Source of the DNA: an uncultured Mycoplasmatota bacterium
Lineage (GTDB): Bacteria; Bacillota_I; Bacilli_A; RF39; UBA660
Length of the DNA stretch: 64,000 bases
Direction of reading: 5' to 3'
Assembly (NCBI GenBank): GCA_948434005.1
Contig: CAOJEH010000001.1
Location: 219,880-283,879 of the forward strand
Made by a program: the position numbers and the translations under genes. This document shows, one piece after another, positions 9,459 to 18,855 of the stretch. Within the stretch, counting starts at the first letter, position 1, and each line of letters begins with the position of its first letter. The notes below the pieces were generated by a model, which saw nothing but the letters and a program-made list of their open reading frames with translations, did not search any database and had not been told where the DNA came from.

Positions 9459-10301
9459 ATGAATCAAGACAAAATGCATTTAGTAAATAAAATATTTAAT
9501 AATGAAACAATTAGAACAGTATGGGATAAGGATGAAGAAAAATACTTTATAAGTGTTGTAGATATAGTAGGAGTTATCTCTGAAAGTAAAGATAAACAAA
9601 CCTATTGGAGAAAGCTGAAGCAAAGATTAAAAGCAGAGGGAAATGAAACCGTGACAAATTGTCACACCTTGAAATTGAAAGCATCAGATGGTAAATATCG
9701 TGTGACTGATGTTGTTGATACCAAAGGAATGTTTAGAATTATTGAATCAATTCCTAGTAAGAATGCAGAGCCTATTAAATTATGGCTAGCAAAACTAGGT
9801 AGTGAAAGAGTTGCTGAGACATTTAATCCTTCAATAACTGCACAAAGAGCTATAGATTTATATAGAGCTAAAGGTTATGATGAAAAATGGATTTCTAAGC
9901 GTATAAAAGGTATTCAAGACAGAAAAGGATTAACTGATATTTGGAAAGAAGGCGGAATTGTTGAAGACAAAGAATATGCTATTCTTACCAACGAGATTTA
10001 TAAAGAATGGTCTGGTATGAATGCAAAAGAATATAAAAAGCATAAAGGATTAAGAAAAGAATCATTAAGAGATAATATGGATAGTATTGAATTGATTTTA
10101 ACAGATCTTTCTGAAGAAGCAACAAAACAAATTGCAACAAGAAAAAGACCACAAGGTTTAAAAGAGAATGTTAAGGTTGCCCATAAGGGTGGGAGTGTTG
10201 CAAAAGTAGCAAGAAATGAACTTGAAAAAGAAATAGGAGAATCAATTGTTACTAAAAGTAATAAATTAAATTACGAATATAATAAAGAAATTGAAATATA
10301 A
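9459..10301 (+). CDS. Bro-N domain protein (DinD / phage anti-repressor-like)
   Basis: The N-terminus (FNNETIRTVWDKDEEKYFISVVDIVGVISES) matches the Bro-N fold consensus (..IR....dge.wF...Dva..lg). There is a strong AAAGGAGG RBS. The gene sits between nth and ponA, which are normally adjacent or nearly so. Confidence 0.5.
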   Translation: MNQDKMHLVNKIFNNETIRTVWDKDEEKYFISVVDIVGVISESKDKQTYWRKLKQRLKAEGNETVTNCHTLKLKASDGKYRVTDVVDTKGMFRIIESIPSKNAEPIKLWLAKLGSERVAETFNPSITAQRAIDLYRAKGYDEKWISKRIKGIQDRKGLTDIWKEGGIVEDKEYAILTNEIYKEWSGMNAKEYKKHKGLRKESLRDNMDSIELILTDLSEEATKQIATRKRPQGLKENVKVAHKGGSVAKVARNELEKEIGESIVTKSNKLNYEYNKEIEI

Positions 10302-10312
10302 TAGATACCAAA

Positions 10313-10350
10313 AAAGACTACTGCTATAATTTGCAATAGTCTTGTATTTT
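10313..10350. terminator. Bidirectional terminator between the Bro-N gene and ponA
   Basis: aagactactgc...gcaatagtctt: an ~11-bp stem with one mismatch, flanked by A-runs and T-runs on both sides. Confidence 0.4.
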
Positions 10351-10364
10351 ATTATTAGTAGTAT

Positions 10365-13127
10365 TTACTGAACAGTATAATTATGGGTTTTAGAACCACT
10401 TTTTCCATTATATAAATATTGATATGTAACACTACATCCAGATGCTTTTGTAGTTGTAAATACGTTTCCATCATGACAGTCACTTCCTGAATGAACAGGA
10501 GTTGCTGTTGAATTTGTTAAAGTACCATTAACTATAAGATTACAACTTGGAATAGGCGAATTAACACTTTGAACTCCTTCAGGACATGATAATTCAATTT
10601 CATCCACTTTAGCTGGTTCCTTTGGTGTATATGTTGCAGGATCACTTTGTGCACCACTATAGCTTTTATATGTTGCAACTACTTTATATGTGGTGTATGG
10701 GTTACTAGTTTCAAATGAGTATGATGTAGATTCAGTAAAGTCTATTAATGTACTTCCTTGATATATATTATAAATAAGTTTACCATATTGCTCATCATCT
10801 GGAAGCCTTTTTACTGCATTCCAAGATAGAGAAACTTTATTGCCATTTACAGTAGCTTTAAATCCACTAGGGGTGCTTAGTTTATTTGATTCTTCTTGAC
10901 CTCCATTTTTAGGTTCGTGTCCTTTTCTAAATAATTCGTAACTTCCACCAATGGAAGCCTTAACTACACTATCAGGCATTTTAAAGTCACTTATATTCTT
11001 TTCAAAAACTCCATTAGCTATAGCTAGGAATAATTTATCTTTTTGAATAGTCGCAGGTGTTTGTCTTAAACAATATGTACTATTTATGAAGTCATAGCCA
11101 TACCACATACCGATAACAGTTTTATTAGAAAATCCTACTACCCATGAATCTCTAATAGCATCTCCAGGCAAGTTATATCTACTCATAGTAGCATCATCGT
11201 AGTTTGTAGTACCAGTTTTTGCTGCTACATTGGAATGTTTCCCACCTGTTATAACAACATCTTTTAGCATGCTTGCAATCATATATGCAGTAGCATCACT
11301 CATAACCTGCTTAGGATTAGATTTATGTTCTTCAGTTTTTCCTGTATCTCTAAATACTATTTTACTAACTGAATATGGCTCGTTATAATAACCACCATTT
11401 GAGAATGCGGCATAAGCAGCACTCATTTTTAATGGTGATACTCCTGTAAAGGCTCCAATTGAGTGGGCTTCATGTATCTTACCGTTAGAAACTTCAGGTT
11501 CAATACCAAGAGAAGTAACAAAATCTTGGATTTTAGAATTATCAACCATTTGGAATGCTTTCAAAGCAGGAATATTACGTGATGCGGATAATGCTCTTCT
11601 AGTAGTTATAGAACCATAGTATCCACCATCCCAGTTTTTAATAGAACGACCATTTGAATAAGAATAAGGACTATCTTCAAATAATTTATAATTATCATCA
11701 CCATTTTGATATCCATAAGTAGACCAGTTATTATATTCTATACCAGGACCATAATCAAATAGCGGTTTTGCTGTAGATCCAGGTTGACGATTAAGTTGAG
11801 TAGCATAGTTATAAGTATTAGCACCATTCTTATTACGCCCACCACCAATTGCTAAGATTTTACCTGTTCCAGAATCTAGTACTGATACACCAGTTTGAAC
11901 TTTATCATTTATAAAGTTATATGATTTACCATTCATTACATCATTAACTGCATTTTGTTTTGATTTATCCATATTAGTATAGATAAGAAGCGGAGCCATA
12001 TAAGCATTAACACCATATTTATCTTGAACCTCTTCAACTACAGTATCAATATAAGCTTGATATTCAGATGTAGTAGCAACTGAATGTTCAGTAGTTAATG
12101 AATCTACTGGGATATTTTTTGCCATCTCTTCTTGCTCTTTTGTGATATATCCATGTTTTCTCATTAAATATAATACAGTTCCACGTCTTGCAGTAGCATT
12201 TTTTGGATTAGCTGTAGGCCTATAATAGTTAGGGGATTTAAACATTCCAGCTAATATGGAAGCTTCACTCAAGTTTAAATCGTTAACATCTTTACCAAAA
12301 TATTCTCTTGCAGCTTCTTGTACCCCATATATATTACCACCTAAGAAATGATTGTTAACATAAAATTCAATAATCTCTTTCTTAGAATAATTCTTCTCTA
12401 ATTTAAATATAGCTAAATATATATCTGTAAATTTACGAACAATACCTTTAACACCAGAAGCTTCAGTTGAAGTGAAACTATTTTTAATAACTTGCATTGA
12501 TAAGGTAGATGCTCCACCAGCATCGGAATGCCCAGTTAATTGACCAAGCGATGCCTTAAGAAATCTTGGAGCATCAAAACCATTATGTTGGAAAAATCTA
12601 GAATCCTCTGTTGCAATAATTGCATCAACAAGTACTTGAGGAAGTTCTTTATATTCAACTTTTTCTCTCATCTCACTACCAAGTTTAGCAATTTGATTAC
12701 CATCTTTATCATATATTAAAGTTACCTCATTTTTATATAGTTTACTAGTATCAAATTTAGGAGCATTTATAGTTATATATACCATAAATAATCCAAATAA
12801 AACAAGTCCAATAATACCAAGAATCAATATAATTATTAATATAGCATTAACAATTTTCCTTTTCCTTTTATTGTGATTTACTTTATCAAGTAATTTAGCA
12901 ATTCCATAAATTATAGCACAACACAGTGCTGTAAATATTGTAAATATTAATCCCATATTAATAAAACATAAGACTAATAATATTATAACTGCTATTGATA
13001 CTCCTATTTTAGCTCCTGTAGGCATTTTTGAAGGGATAGGAATTCTCCCTTTTATTTTTTTAGATGAACGTCTTCTTACACTACCTGTATTATTTGTATT
13101 AGTTCTTCTTTTCTTAACATTTTTCAT
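10365..13127 (-). CDS. ponA: Bifunctional class A penicillin-binding protein PBP1A (glycosyltransferase + transpeptidase) with a long Cys-rich C-terminal extension
   Basis: GT51 motifs EDSRFFQHNGFD and RKFTDIYLAIFKLEK. Transpeptidase motifs STAKP (SxxK) and KTGT. One N-terminal TM segment. Overlaps the recU stop/start, the conserved recU-ponA pair. Confidence 0.85.
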   Translation of the reverse strand: MKNVKKRRTNTNNTGSVRRRSSKKIKGRIPIPSKMPTGAKIGVSIAVIILLVLCFINMGLIFTIFTALCCAIIYGIAKLLDKVNHNKRKRKIVNAILIIILILGIIGLVLFGLFMVYITINAPKFDTSKLYKNEVTLIYDKDGNQIAKLGSEMREKVEYKELPQVLVDAIIATEDSRFFQHNGFDAPRFLKASLGQLTGHSDAGGASTLSMQVIKNSFTSTEASGVKGIVRKFTDIYLAIFKLEKNYSKKEIIEFYVNNHFLGGNIYGVQEAAREYFGKDVNDLNLSEASILAGMFKSPNYYRPTANPKNATARRGTVLYLMRKHGYITKEQEEMAKNIPVDSLTTEHSVATTSEYQAYIDTVVEEVQDKYGVNAYMAPLLIYTNMDKSKQNAVNDVMNGKSYNFINDKVQTGVSVLDSGTGKILAIGGGRNKNGANTYNYATQLNRQPGSTAKPLFDYGPGIEYNNWSTYGYQNGDDNYKLFEDSPYSYSNGRSIKNWDGGYYGSITTRRALSASRNIPALKAFQMVDNSKIQDFVTSLGIEPEVSNGKIHEAHSIGAFTGVSPLKMSAAYAAFSNGGYYNEPYSVSKIVFRDTGKTEEHKSNPKQVMSDATAYMIASMLKDVVITGGKHSNVAAKTGTTNYDDATMSRYNLPGDAIRDSWVVGFSNKTVIGMWYGYDFINSTYCLRQTPATIQKDKLFLAIANGVFEKNISDFKMPDSVVKASIGGSYELFRKGHEPKNGGQEESNKLSTPSGFKATVNGNKVSLSWNAVKRLPDDEQYGKLIYNIYQGSTLIDFTESTSYSFETSNPYTTYKVVATYKSYSGAQSDPATYTPKEPAKVDEIELSCPEGVQSVNSPIPSCNLIVNGTLTNSTATPVHSGSDCHDGNVFTTTKASGCSVTYQYLYNGKSGSKTHNYTVQ

Positions 13128-13696
13128 TATATACCTCCATACATTTCATCAATTATTTTTAAATAATCAACTCTAGGTCTTAATTTATATTCTATTTTAT
13201 ACCCAACTTCTTCAAAATAACTTATAGGAATAGATTTTTTATCACAACTATCAATATAATATAAAAAATCTTTTCCAAATAATAAATATGTAATATCTAG
13301 AGTAGTAAATCTAACTATTAAAAATACTATTCCATTATGATTATAAATATTTCTTATATGTTTAATTTGATGGGGATGAATATTATTTAAAGGAAAAGAG
13401 GTTTTACTTTTAGTTTCTTTAGCCTCAAAATCTATATATTTTCCCTTATATATCCCATTATAATCAGTAGTAGATGGCTCCATAAAATATGCTTCTTTTA
13501 TAGTTGCAGCTTTTCTTGAAATATAATCTACATTAACTATCTTTATAGGAGTGGGCTTTTTATAGATATATGCTTTATCTTCTTCTCTATAATATTGATT
13601 AGTCACATTTAAATCATCTTCTAGATCCATACCCCTATTTTTATAATTAATATTATGAAATATGGTATCTTTTTTTATACCATTTGGATATTTCAT
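13127..13696 (-). CDS. recU: Holliday-junction resolvase RecU
   Basis: Near-collinear with B. subtilis RecU: YPNG...NRGM.LEDDLN.TN.YY...KKPTP..IVNV...EAYF...STTDYNGIYKG.YIDFEAKETK.KTSFPL.N.H.HQI.H. Confidence 0.9.
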   Translation of the reverse strand: MKYPNGIKKDTIFHNINYKNRGMDLEDDLNVTNQYYREEDKAYIYKKPTPIKIVNVDYISRKAATIKEAYFMEPSTTDYNGIYKGKYIDFEAKETKSKTSFPLNNIHPHQIKHIRNIYNHNGIVFLIVRFTTLDITYLLFGKDFLYYIDSCDKKSIPISYFEEVGYKIEYKLRPRVDYLKIIDEMYGGI

Positions 13697-14002
13697 ATAA
13701 CCACCTATCTTACATTATACTATATAATAGTAAAATTTGCTATAGAAATAGGTAAGTATTTTATAAAAAAAATGATATGTTTTGTCGAATAAAAAGACAA
13801 GTAAAAAAATATATAATAAAATCTAGAAAAGGAGGTTAATATGAATAGTTTAGAGGTAATTAAAATTATAAATAGAATGATTGATGATACTAGGTATATT
13901 AAAAGAAAGAAGGAAAACTTATTAATTAAAACTAAATAAAATAAGTTGAAAAATATTATTTCTATGTTATACTAATAACCAATTATTTTATAGGGAGTTT
14001 TT

Positions 14003-14815
14003 ATGAGAAGTTTGGATGATGATATTAAATATTTATATACTATTTTGAATGGGAAAAATGAAGATCAATTTGGTTTTTTATATACAAGATCTAATGAAAA
14101 TTTAATTAAGCTTTTTGATGAATTAGATGTAAAAGACCAAGATGTTTATGTAGTCTTATCTTCTTCAGATTTATTATTCTCTCTTATAGCAAATAAAGCT
14201 AATCATGTTGATACTTTTGATATAAATCCAATTAGTTATAGATATTATTATTTACGTAAGTGGTTATTACAATATAAATTACTAAATGCAGATAGTATTT
14301 CTATTAAAGGTTTATCTAATATAGTAAATATAAATAAAAAGTCTAATATTAAAGGTGAAGTAGAAAGTGCAATTTTTTGGCAGTATTATTTAGGGTATAT
14401 TAACAGTATTAATTTTTATGATAGTCTTTTGTTTGAACATGCTGATAATTCGATAGTTTCTTACCAAGATAAAGCAGAAATAATTTTAGAGAAATTAAAT
14501 CAAACAGATCTAAAATTTGATTGTATTGATATATGTTCTAAATTAGATAATAAAAAAGATAGAAAATATGACAAAGTATTCCTTTCTAATATTTTAGATT
14601 ATAATAGAAAAAGAGAAAAGCTAGAGATTGTATACAATAATATGTTACAATTATTAAAAGATGGAGGTTCAATTATTTGTTCTAATATAGAAAATTATAG
14701 AACTATAGATATAGAAAGAGAGATTTTTTCAAAAGGATTTAGCTATAACGAAATCTTTACTGATGACTATCGTCGTAATAGAGATGTTACCTATTATCAA
14801 TATAGAAAAAAGTGA
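14003..14815 (+). CDS. Hypothetical protein (270 aa)
   Basis: ORF with an RBS and no confidently recognisable domain. Occupies the ypsA position upstream of gpsB. Confidence 0.4.
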   Translation: MRSLDDDIKYLYTILNGKNEDQFGFLYTRSNENLIKLFDELDVKDQDVYVVLSSSDLLFSLIANKANHVDTFDINPISYRYYYLRKWLLQYKLLNADSISIKGLSNIVNINKKSNIKGEVESAIFWQYYLGYINSINFYDSLLFEHADNSIVSYQDKAEIILEKLNQTDLKFDCIDICSKLDNKKDRKYDKVFLSNILDYNRKREKLEIVYNNMLQLLKDGGSIICSNIENYRTIDIEREIFSKGFSYNEIFTDDYRRNRDVTYYQYRKK

Positions 14816-14885
14816 TTATCAAAAGTGTAATTGACAAAAATAATCATTAATGCCATAATATAATTGTAAGAGGTTGGTGATTAAC

Positions 14886-15212
14886 ATGTATCAAAATAAG
14901 ATAGAGCTTTCTCCACAAGATATTTTAGAAAAAGAATTCAAAATAGATACACGTGGATATCGCTTAAAAGAAGTAGATCAGTTTTTAGATATTATAATTA
15001 ATGACTATGAGCAATTCTATACAATGATAAACGATTTAGAGAAAGAAAAAGCAGATTTATTGGGAGAGATGATGAAGTTAAAACAGGAACTTCGTAAAGT
15101 AAAAACTAGTGCAGAGATTGCAAAAAATAATGATACTCCTGAAATTACAAATGTAGATTTATTACGTAGACTTTCAAATCTTGAAAAAATGGTATATGGA
15201 AAAGAAGATTAA
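14886..15212 (+). CDS. gpsB: Cell-cycle protein GpsB (DivIVA-domain)
   Basis: IELSPQDILEKEFKIDTRGYRLKEVDQFLDIIINDYEQ is the DivIVA N-terminal domain, with a C-terminal coiled-coil. The start was set to the ATG at 14886 (GAGGTTGGTGA RBS). Confidence 0.8.
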   Translation: MYQNKIELSPQDILEKEFKIDTRGYRLKEVDQFLDIIINDYEQFYTMINDLEKEKADLLGEMMKLKQELRKVKTSAEIAKNNDTPEITNVDLLRRLSNLEKMVYGKED

Positions 15213-15213
15213 T

Positions 15214-15560
15214 ACTTAAGACAAACGCTGTATTCTAATAGAATATTGAGGAAAGTCCATGCTCACACGTACCTGTGATGGTCGTAGTGTTCGTGCTTAG
15301 GGAAAAAATAACCTAAGGTAGAGAAATCTAACGGCAGAGCAAAGACCTAAGTCGATTGATATGGTCTTCTCTTGAAAAGTGCCGCAGTGACGATTTTTTA
15401 GGAAACTAAAAGGTGAAACGTGGTAAACCCCGCGAGTGAGAAACCCAAATTATGGTAGGGGAGCTTTGATTAGGGAATAAGAACCGAGTCAGGGACCGAG
15501 TAGTCGGTAGATAAATGTTTGTCACCTCGTTGTGAGGTACAGAACATGGCTTATTAAGTA
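15214..15560 (+). ncRNA. rnpB: RNase P RNA (bacterial type B, Firmicutes)
   Basis: Contains the universally conserved GAGGAAAGTCCATGCTC (P4 5' strand) and ACAGAACATGGCTTA (P4 3' strand) elements, plus AGGGAAA...GGTGAAACGTGGTAAACCCC motifs. The 5' and 3' ends can pair (ACTTAAG / CTTATTAAGT). It lies directly downstream of gpsB, exactly as in B. subtilis. Confidence 0.85.
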
Positions 15561-15600
15561 TTAATTATTTTATTATGTAAAAAAAGAGGTGATGTAAGTA

Positions 15601-16092
15601 GTGAAAGAACTAGGTGAATACTTAAAAGAAACCAGAATAAATAATGGTGTAAGTATAGAAGAAGCAGCTGAAGATAATAACCTTTCAACATCACAATTAG
15701 AAAATATAGAAAGTGGAAATGTACGAGCTTTTAAAGATGTTTATAAATTAAAAGAATATATTAAAGGATATTCAAAATATTTAGGGTTAAATCCAGCAGA
15801 AGTATCAGATGAATTTAATGATTTTTTATTTGAGCATACATCAAAAATCTCATTAGATGATATATTAGAAGCGAAAAAGAAAATAGAAGAAAAAGAAGAT
15901 AAAAAAGTAAAATCACCTTATACTAAAGAGTATAAGCTAAAAAAAGATTATACTCCTGTTTTATATATAATAATAGGAGTTATATTATTAGCACTAATTG
16001 TGTATATTTTTTTCCAAATGGTTGAGAAAGAACCAGAACATAGTGAAGTATTATTAGGAAATAAGGAGGCAATATATGAATTTACCTACTAA
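15601..16092 (+). CDS. RodZ-like (YmfM-like) HTH membrane protein
   Basis: GTG start with an AGAGGTGA RBS. Has an N-terminal XRE-type HTH (LGEYLKETRINNGVSIEEAAEDNNLS), then a charged linker and a single TM (VLYIIIGVILLALIVYIFF). Sits upstream of pgsA, as ymfM does. Confidence 0.55.
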   Translation: MKELGEYLKETRINNGVSIEEAAEDNNLSTSQLENIESGNVRAFKDVYKLKEYIKGYSKYLGLNPAEVSDEFNDFLFEHTSKISLDDILEAKKKIEEKEDKKVKSPYTKEYKLKKDYTPVLYIIIGVILLALIVYIFFQMVEKEPEHSEVLLGNKEAIYEFTY

Positions 16093-16681
16093 ATTAACAG
16101 TAGCTAGAATATTTTTATGTTTAATAGTTATAATTATTATGATATTTCCATTTTATACAGTAGGAATAGAATGGCCAAAATTTCAGATTATGAATATAGG
16201 AGTTAAATGTGAATATCTAGTCGCAGGAGTTATATTTGTTATTGCAAGTTTTACAGACTTTTTAGATGGATATCTAGCAAGAAAAAATAATCAAGTAACA
16301 GATACTGGAAAAATGCTTGATGCTATAGCAGATAAAATACTAGTGAATTCAGTATTGATAATTTTTGCAGCACAAGGATTTATCAATGTAATAATTCCAG
16401 TAATTATTGTTCTTAGAGATATAGTTGTAGATGCTATTAAGATGGAAGCAGCAGGAAAAGGAAAAGTAGTAGCGGCAATTAAAAGTGGAAAAATAAAAAC
16501 AGCTACATTAATGATTGGTATAGTGCTTACATTTGTTTATAATCTTCCTTTCGAAGCATGGAATATAAGAGTATCAGATTTTATGCTATATTTTGCATCA
16601 ATTATGTCTATTCTATCTGCAATTGAATATTATAAATTAAATAAAAATATAATTTTTCCTAAGGAAGAAATTATAGAATAG
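16076..16681 (+). CDS. pgsA: CDP-diacylglycerol--glycerol-3-phosphate 3-phosphatidyltransferase
   Basis: CDP-alcohol phosphatidyltransferase motif DFLDGYLARKNNQVTDTGKMLDAIADKI (D-G-x2-A-R...G-x3-D-x3-D). Polytopic membrane protein. Confidence 0.8.
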   Translation: MNLPTKLTVARIFLCLIVIIIMIFPFYTVGIEWPKFQIMNIGVKCEYLVAGVIFVIASFTDFLDGYLARKNNQVTDTGKMLDAIADKILVNSVLIIFAAQGFINVIIPVIIVLRDIVVDAIKMEAAGKGKVVAAIKSGKIKTATLMIGIVLTFVYNLPFEAWNIRVSDFMLYFASIMSILSAIEYYKLNKNIIFPKEEIIE

Positions 16682-16742
16682 TGTCAAAAAATGCTTGAAA
16701 AATCCTTTTTCTATAAGGGATTTTTATTTTTGAATGTCAAAT

Positions 16743-16756
16743 AAAACAATTGTTCG
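16743..16756. promoter_or_regulatory. Candidate LexA (Cheo/SOS) box upstream of recA
   Basis: aaAACAATTGTTCG versus the Firmicutes consensus CGAAC-N4-GTTCG. The right half-site is perfect and the left half-site has 2 mismatches. It lies ~70 nt upstream of the recA ATG, near a TATACAAT -10-like element. Confidence 0.3.
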
Positions 16757-16826
16757 AAAAATATCTTGCTTTTTTAAAAATAATAGTATACAATAATATT
16801 ATAAGTTATTTGCAAGGAGGATATAA

Positions 16827-17852
16827 ATGAGCAAAGCAGTTAATAAAAATGTAGATAAGGATAAAGCCTTAGAACAAGTATTAAATGATATAGAAAAACA
16901 ATTTGGAAAAGGTGCAATAATGAAACTTGGTGAAAATACACATACAAAAGTAGATGTTTGTTCAAGTGGATGTTTATCATTAGATGTAGCATTAGGTATA
17001 GGAGGATATCCTAGAGGAAGAATAATAGAGATATATGGTCCAGAATCAAGTGGTAAAACGACTTTTGCATTACAAGCTATAGCAGAACATCAAAAGGCAG
17101 GCGGAAGAGCAGCGTTTATAGATGCAGAACATGCCCTAGATCCTGTTTATGCTGAAAGACTTGGTGTTAATATTAAAGAATTATTATTATCTCAACCAGA
17201 TACAGGAGAGCAAGCTTTAGAAATATGTGAGGCTTTAGTTAGAAGTGAAGCAGTTAGTATTATTGTTATTGATTCAGTAGCAGCTTTAGTGCCACAAGCA
17301 GAAATAGATGGTGAGATGGGAGATTCACACGTTGGCTTGCAAGCAAGACTTATGTCACAAGCTTTAAGAAAATTATCTGGAACAATCAATAAAACTAAAA
17401 CAACAGCTATCTTTATAAATCAATTAAGAGAAAAAGTAGGGGTAATGTTTGGTAATCCTGAAACAACACCAGGTGGTAGAGCCCTAAAATTCTATTCTAC
17501 AATCAGATTAGATATAAGACGTAATGAACAATTAAAAATGGGTGATGGGGTAGTTGGTAACAAAACTACTGTAAAAGTAGTTAAAAATAAAGTAGCACCA
17601 CCATTTAAAACTGCAACAGTTGATATTATGTATGGAGAAGGTATTTCAAAAGAGGGAGAACTTATAGATTTAGGTGTTGAAGCAGGAATAGTAGAAAAAA
17701 CTGGAGCCTGGTTCTCATATAATGGAGAAAAGCTTGGACAAGGTAAAGAAAATGTTAAACTTTTATTAAAAGATACTCCTGAATTAAAAGATGAAATAGA
17801 GAAAAAAGTTAGAGAATACTATGAAATTTCTATAGACGAAAAAAAGGATTAA
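16827..17852 (+). CDS. recA: Recombinase RecA
   Basis: GPESSGKTT Walker A, and the L1/L2 loops ([29 protein letters not shown]) are canonical RecA. Confidence 0.95.
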   Translation: MSKAVNKNVDKDKALEQVLNDIEKQFGKGAIMKLGENTHTKVDVCSSGCLSLDVALGIGGYPRGRIIEIYGPESSGKTTFALQAIAEHQKAGGRAAFIDAEHALDPVYAERLGVNIKELLLSQPDTGEQALEICEALVRSEAVSIIVIDSVAALVPQAEIDGEMGDSHVGLQARLMSQALRKLSGTINKTKTTAIFINQLREKVGVMFGNPETTPGGRALKFYSTIRLDIRRNEQLKMGDGVVGNKTTVKVVKNKVAPPFKTATVDIMYGEGISKEGELIDLGVEAGIVEKTGAWFSYNGEKLGQGKENVKLLLKDTPELKDEIEKKVREYYEISIDEKKD

Positions 17853-17872
17853 TTAAACTTGATCCTTTTTTA
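17840..17872. terminator. Bidirectional terminator between recA and the convergent gene
   Basis: aaaaaggat-(13 nt)-atccttttt: a 9-bp perfect stem spanning the recA stop, with an A-run on one side and a T-run on the other. Confidence 0.5.
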
Positions 17873-18748
17873 TTACTTCTTTATATATTCTTTATTAGCT
17901 TCCATCGTGATATCAGGAAAAAATAAATGACTGCCTGCCCTTTCTAAATATTGACATCCCTTAAATATAGTCTCAAATACTTCCTTTTTAAATGGAAGTA
18001 TTTCATTAAATCTATATCTTAAATGACTGATGGCTTCAATTCCCATCTCATTTTTTATGGCAACTTCTTCTATTGTGCCAGGTATATCTTTTTCATTACT
18101 ATAGGACATTTCATATACCCTGTGATTACAATAAGTGCTTTGCTCTAATGTAATACGTTCAGAAAGTCTTTGCGTGAAGTTTGCTGTTGCAGAAAGTATT
18201 CGTGTAGTTATCCCCTTTTTATCAGGATTATTTAAATCTTTATTCTTTTTACAGTAATTCATTTGATATGTATATTCTGATTTAGATATATCATCTGGTG
18301 CAACTCTATAAATAATGGTTTCTTCTATTAAATGTTTTTTAGTCTTACTTCTAAAATTACAAAGTAGCCCTTTATAATCTATTCTTATATGATCATTATA
18401 GTCATCATTATTTATTGAAATACTGGGGTAATCACTATCACAACTAATATCTACATAGTGTAAACTACCATTCTTATCTTTAACATAAAATTCATATTGA
18501 TATAATTCACCATGATTTTCTATTCGTGTATCGTTATAAGAAATAGTATCACTTTCAATTTTCATTGTATATTGATAAGTTGTAGGTAATCCATTTTTCT
18601 TATTCTTTCTATATCTTCTTTTTCTCTCTATAAATCCTACAGAAAGCCCTTTATAGTCAAAAATTGTCCAATAGTTTGATGAGTGAGATGCTAATTTATA
18701 GCCCAACATATCTAATAGTTTTTGTTCGTGTTTGATATCGATTTCCAT
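17873..18748 (-). CDS. Hypothetical protein (291 aa)
   Basis: ORF convergent on recA. No signal peptide and no recognisable motif. Confidence 0.4.
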   Translation of the reverse strand: MEIDIKHEQKLLDMLGYKLASHSSNYWTIFDYKGLSVGFIERKRRYRKNKKNGLPTTYQYTMKIESDTISYNDTRIENHGELYQYEFYVKDKNGSLHYVDISCDSDYPSISINNDDYNDHIRIDYKGLLCNFRSKTKKHLIEETIIYRVAPDDISKSEYTYQMNYCKKNKDLNNPDKKGITTRILSATANFTQRLSERITLEQSTYCNHRVYEMSYSNEKDIPGTIEEVAIKNEMGIEAISHLRYRFNEILPFKKEVFETIFKGCQYLERAGSHLFFPDITMEANKEYIKK

Positions 18749-18855
18749 AATTATTTCCTTTCAATAAAATGTTTGTATTATAGTATAACATATATTAAAA
18801 ATTAAACAATAGGCACACATAATTATAGTCTCATATATTACTATAGGAGGTTACT

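Noticed and set aside
17192-17389. Minus-strand 65-aa ORF inside recA
   Set aside because: It is entirely contained within the highly conserved recA coding sequence on the opposite strand.
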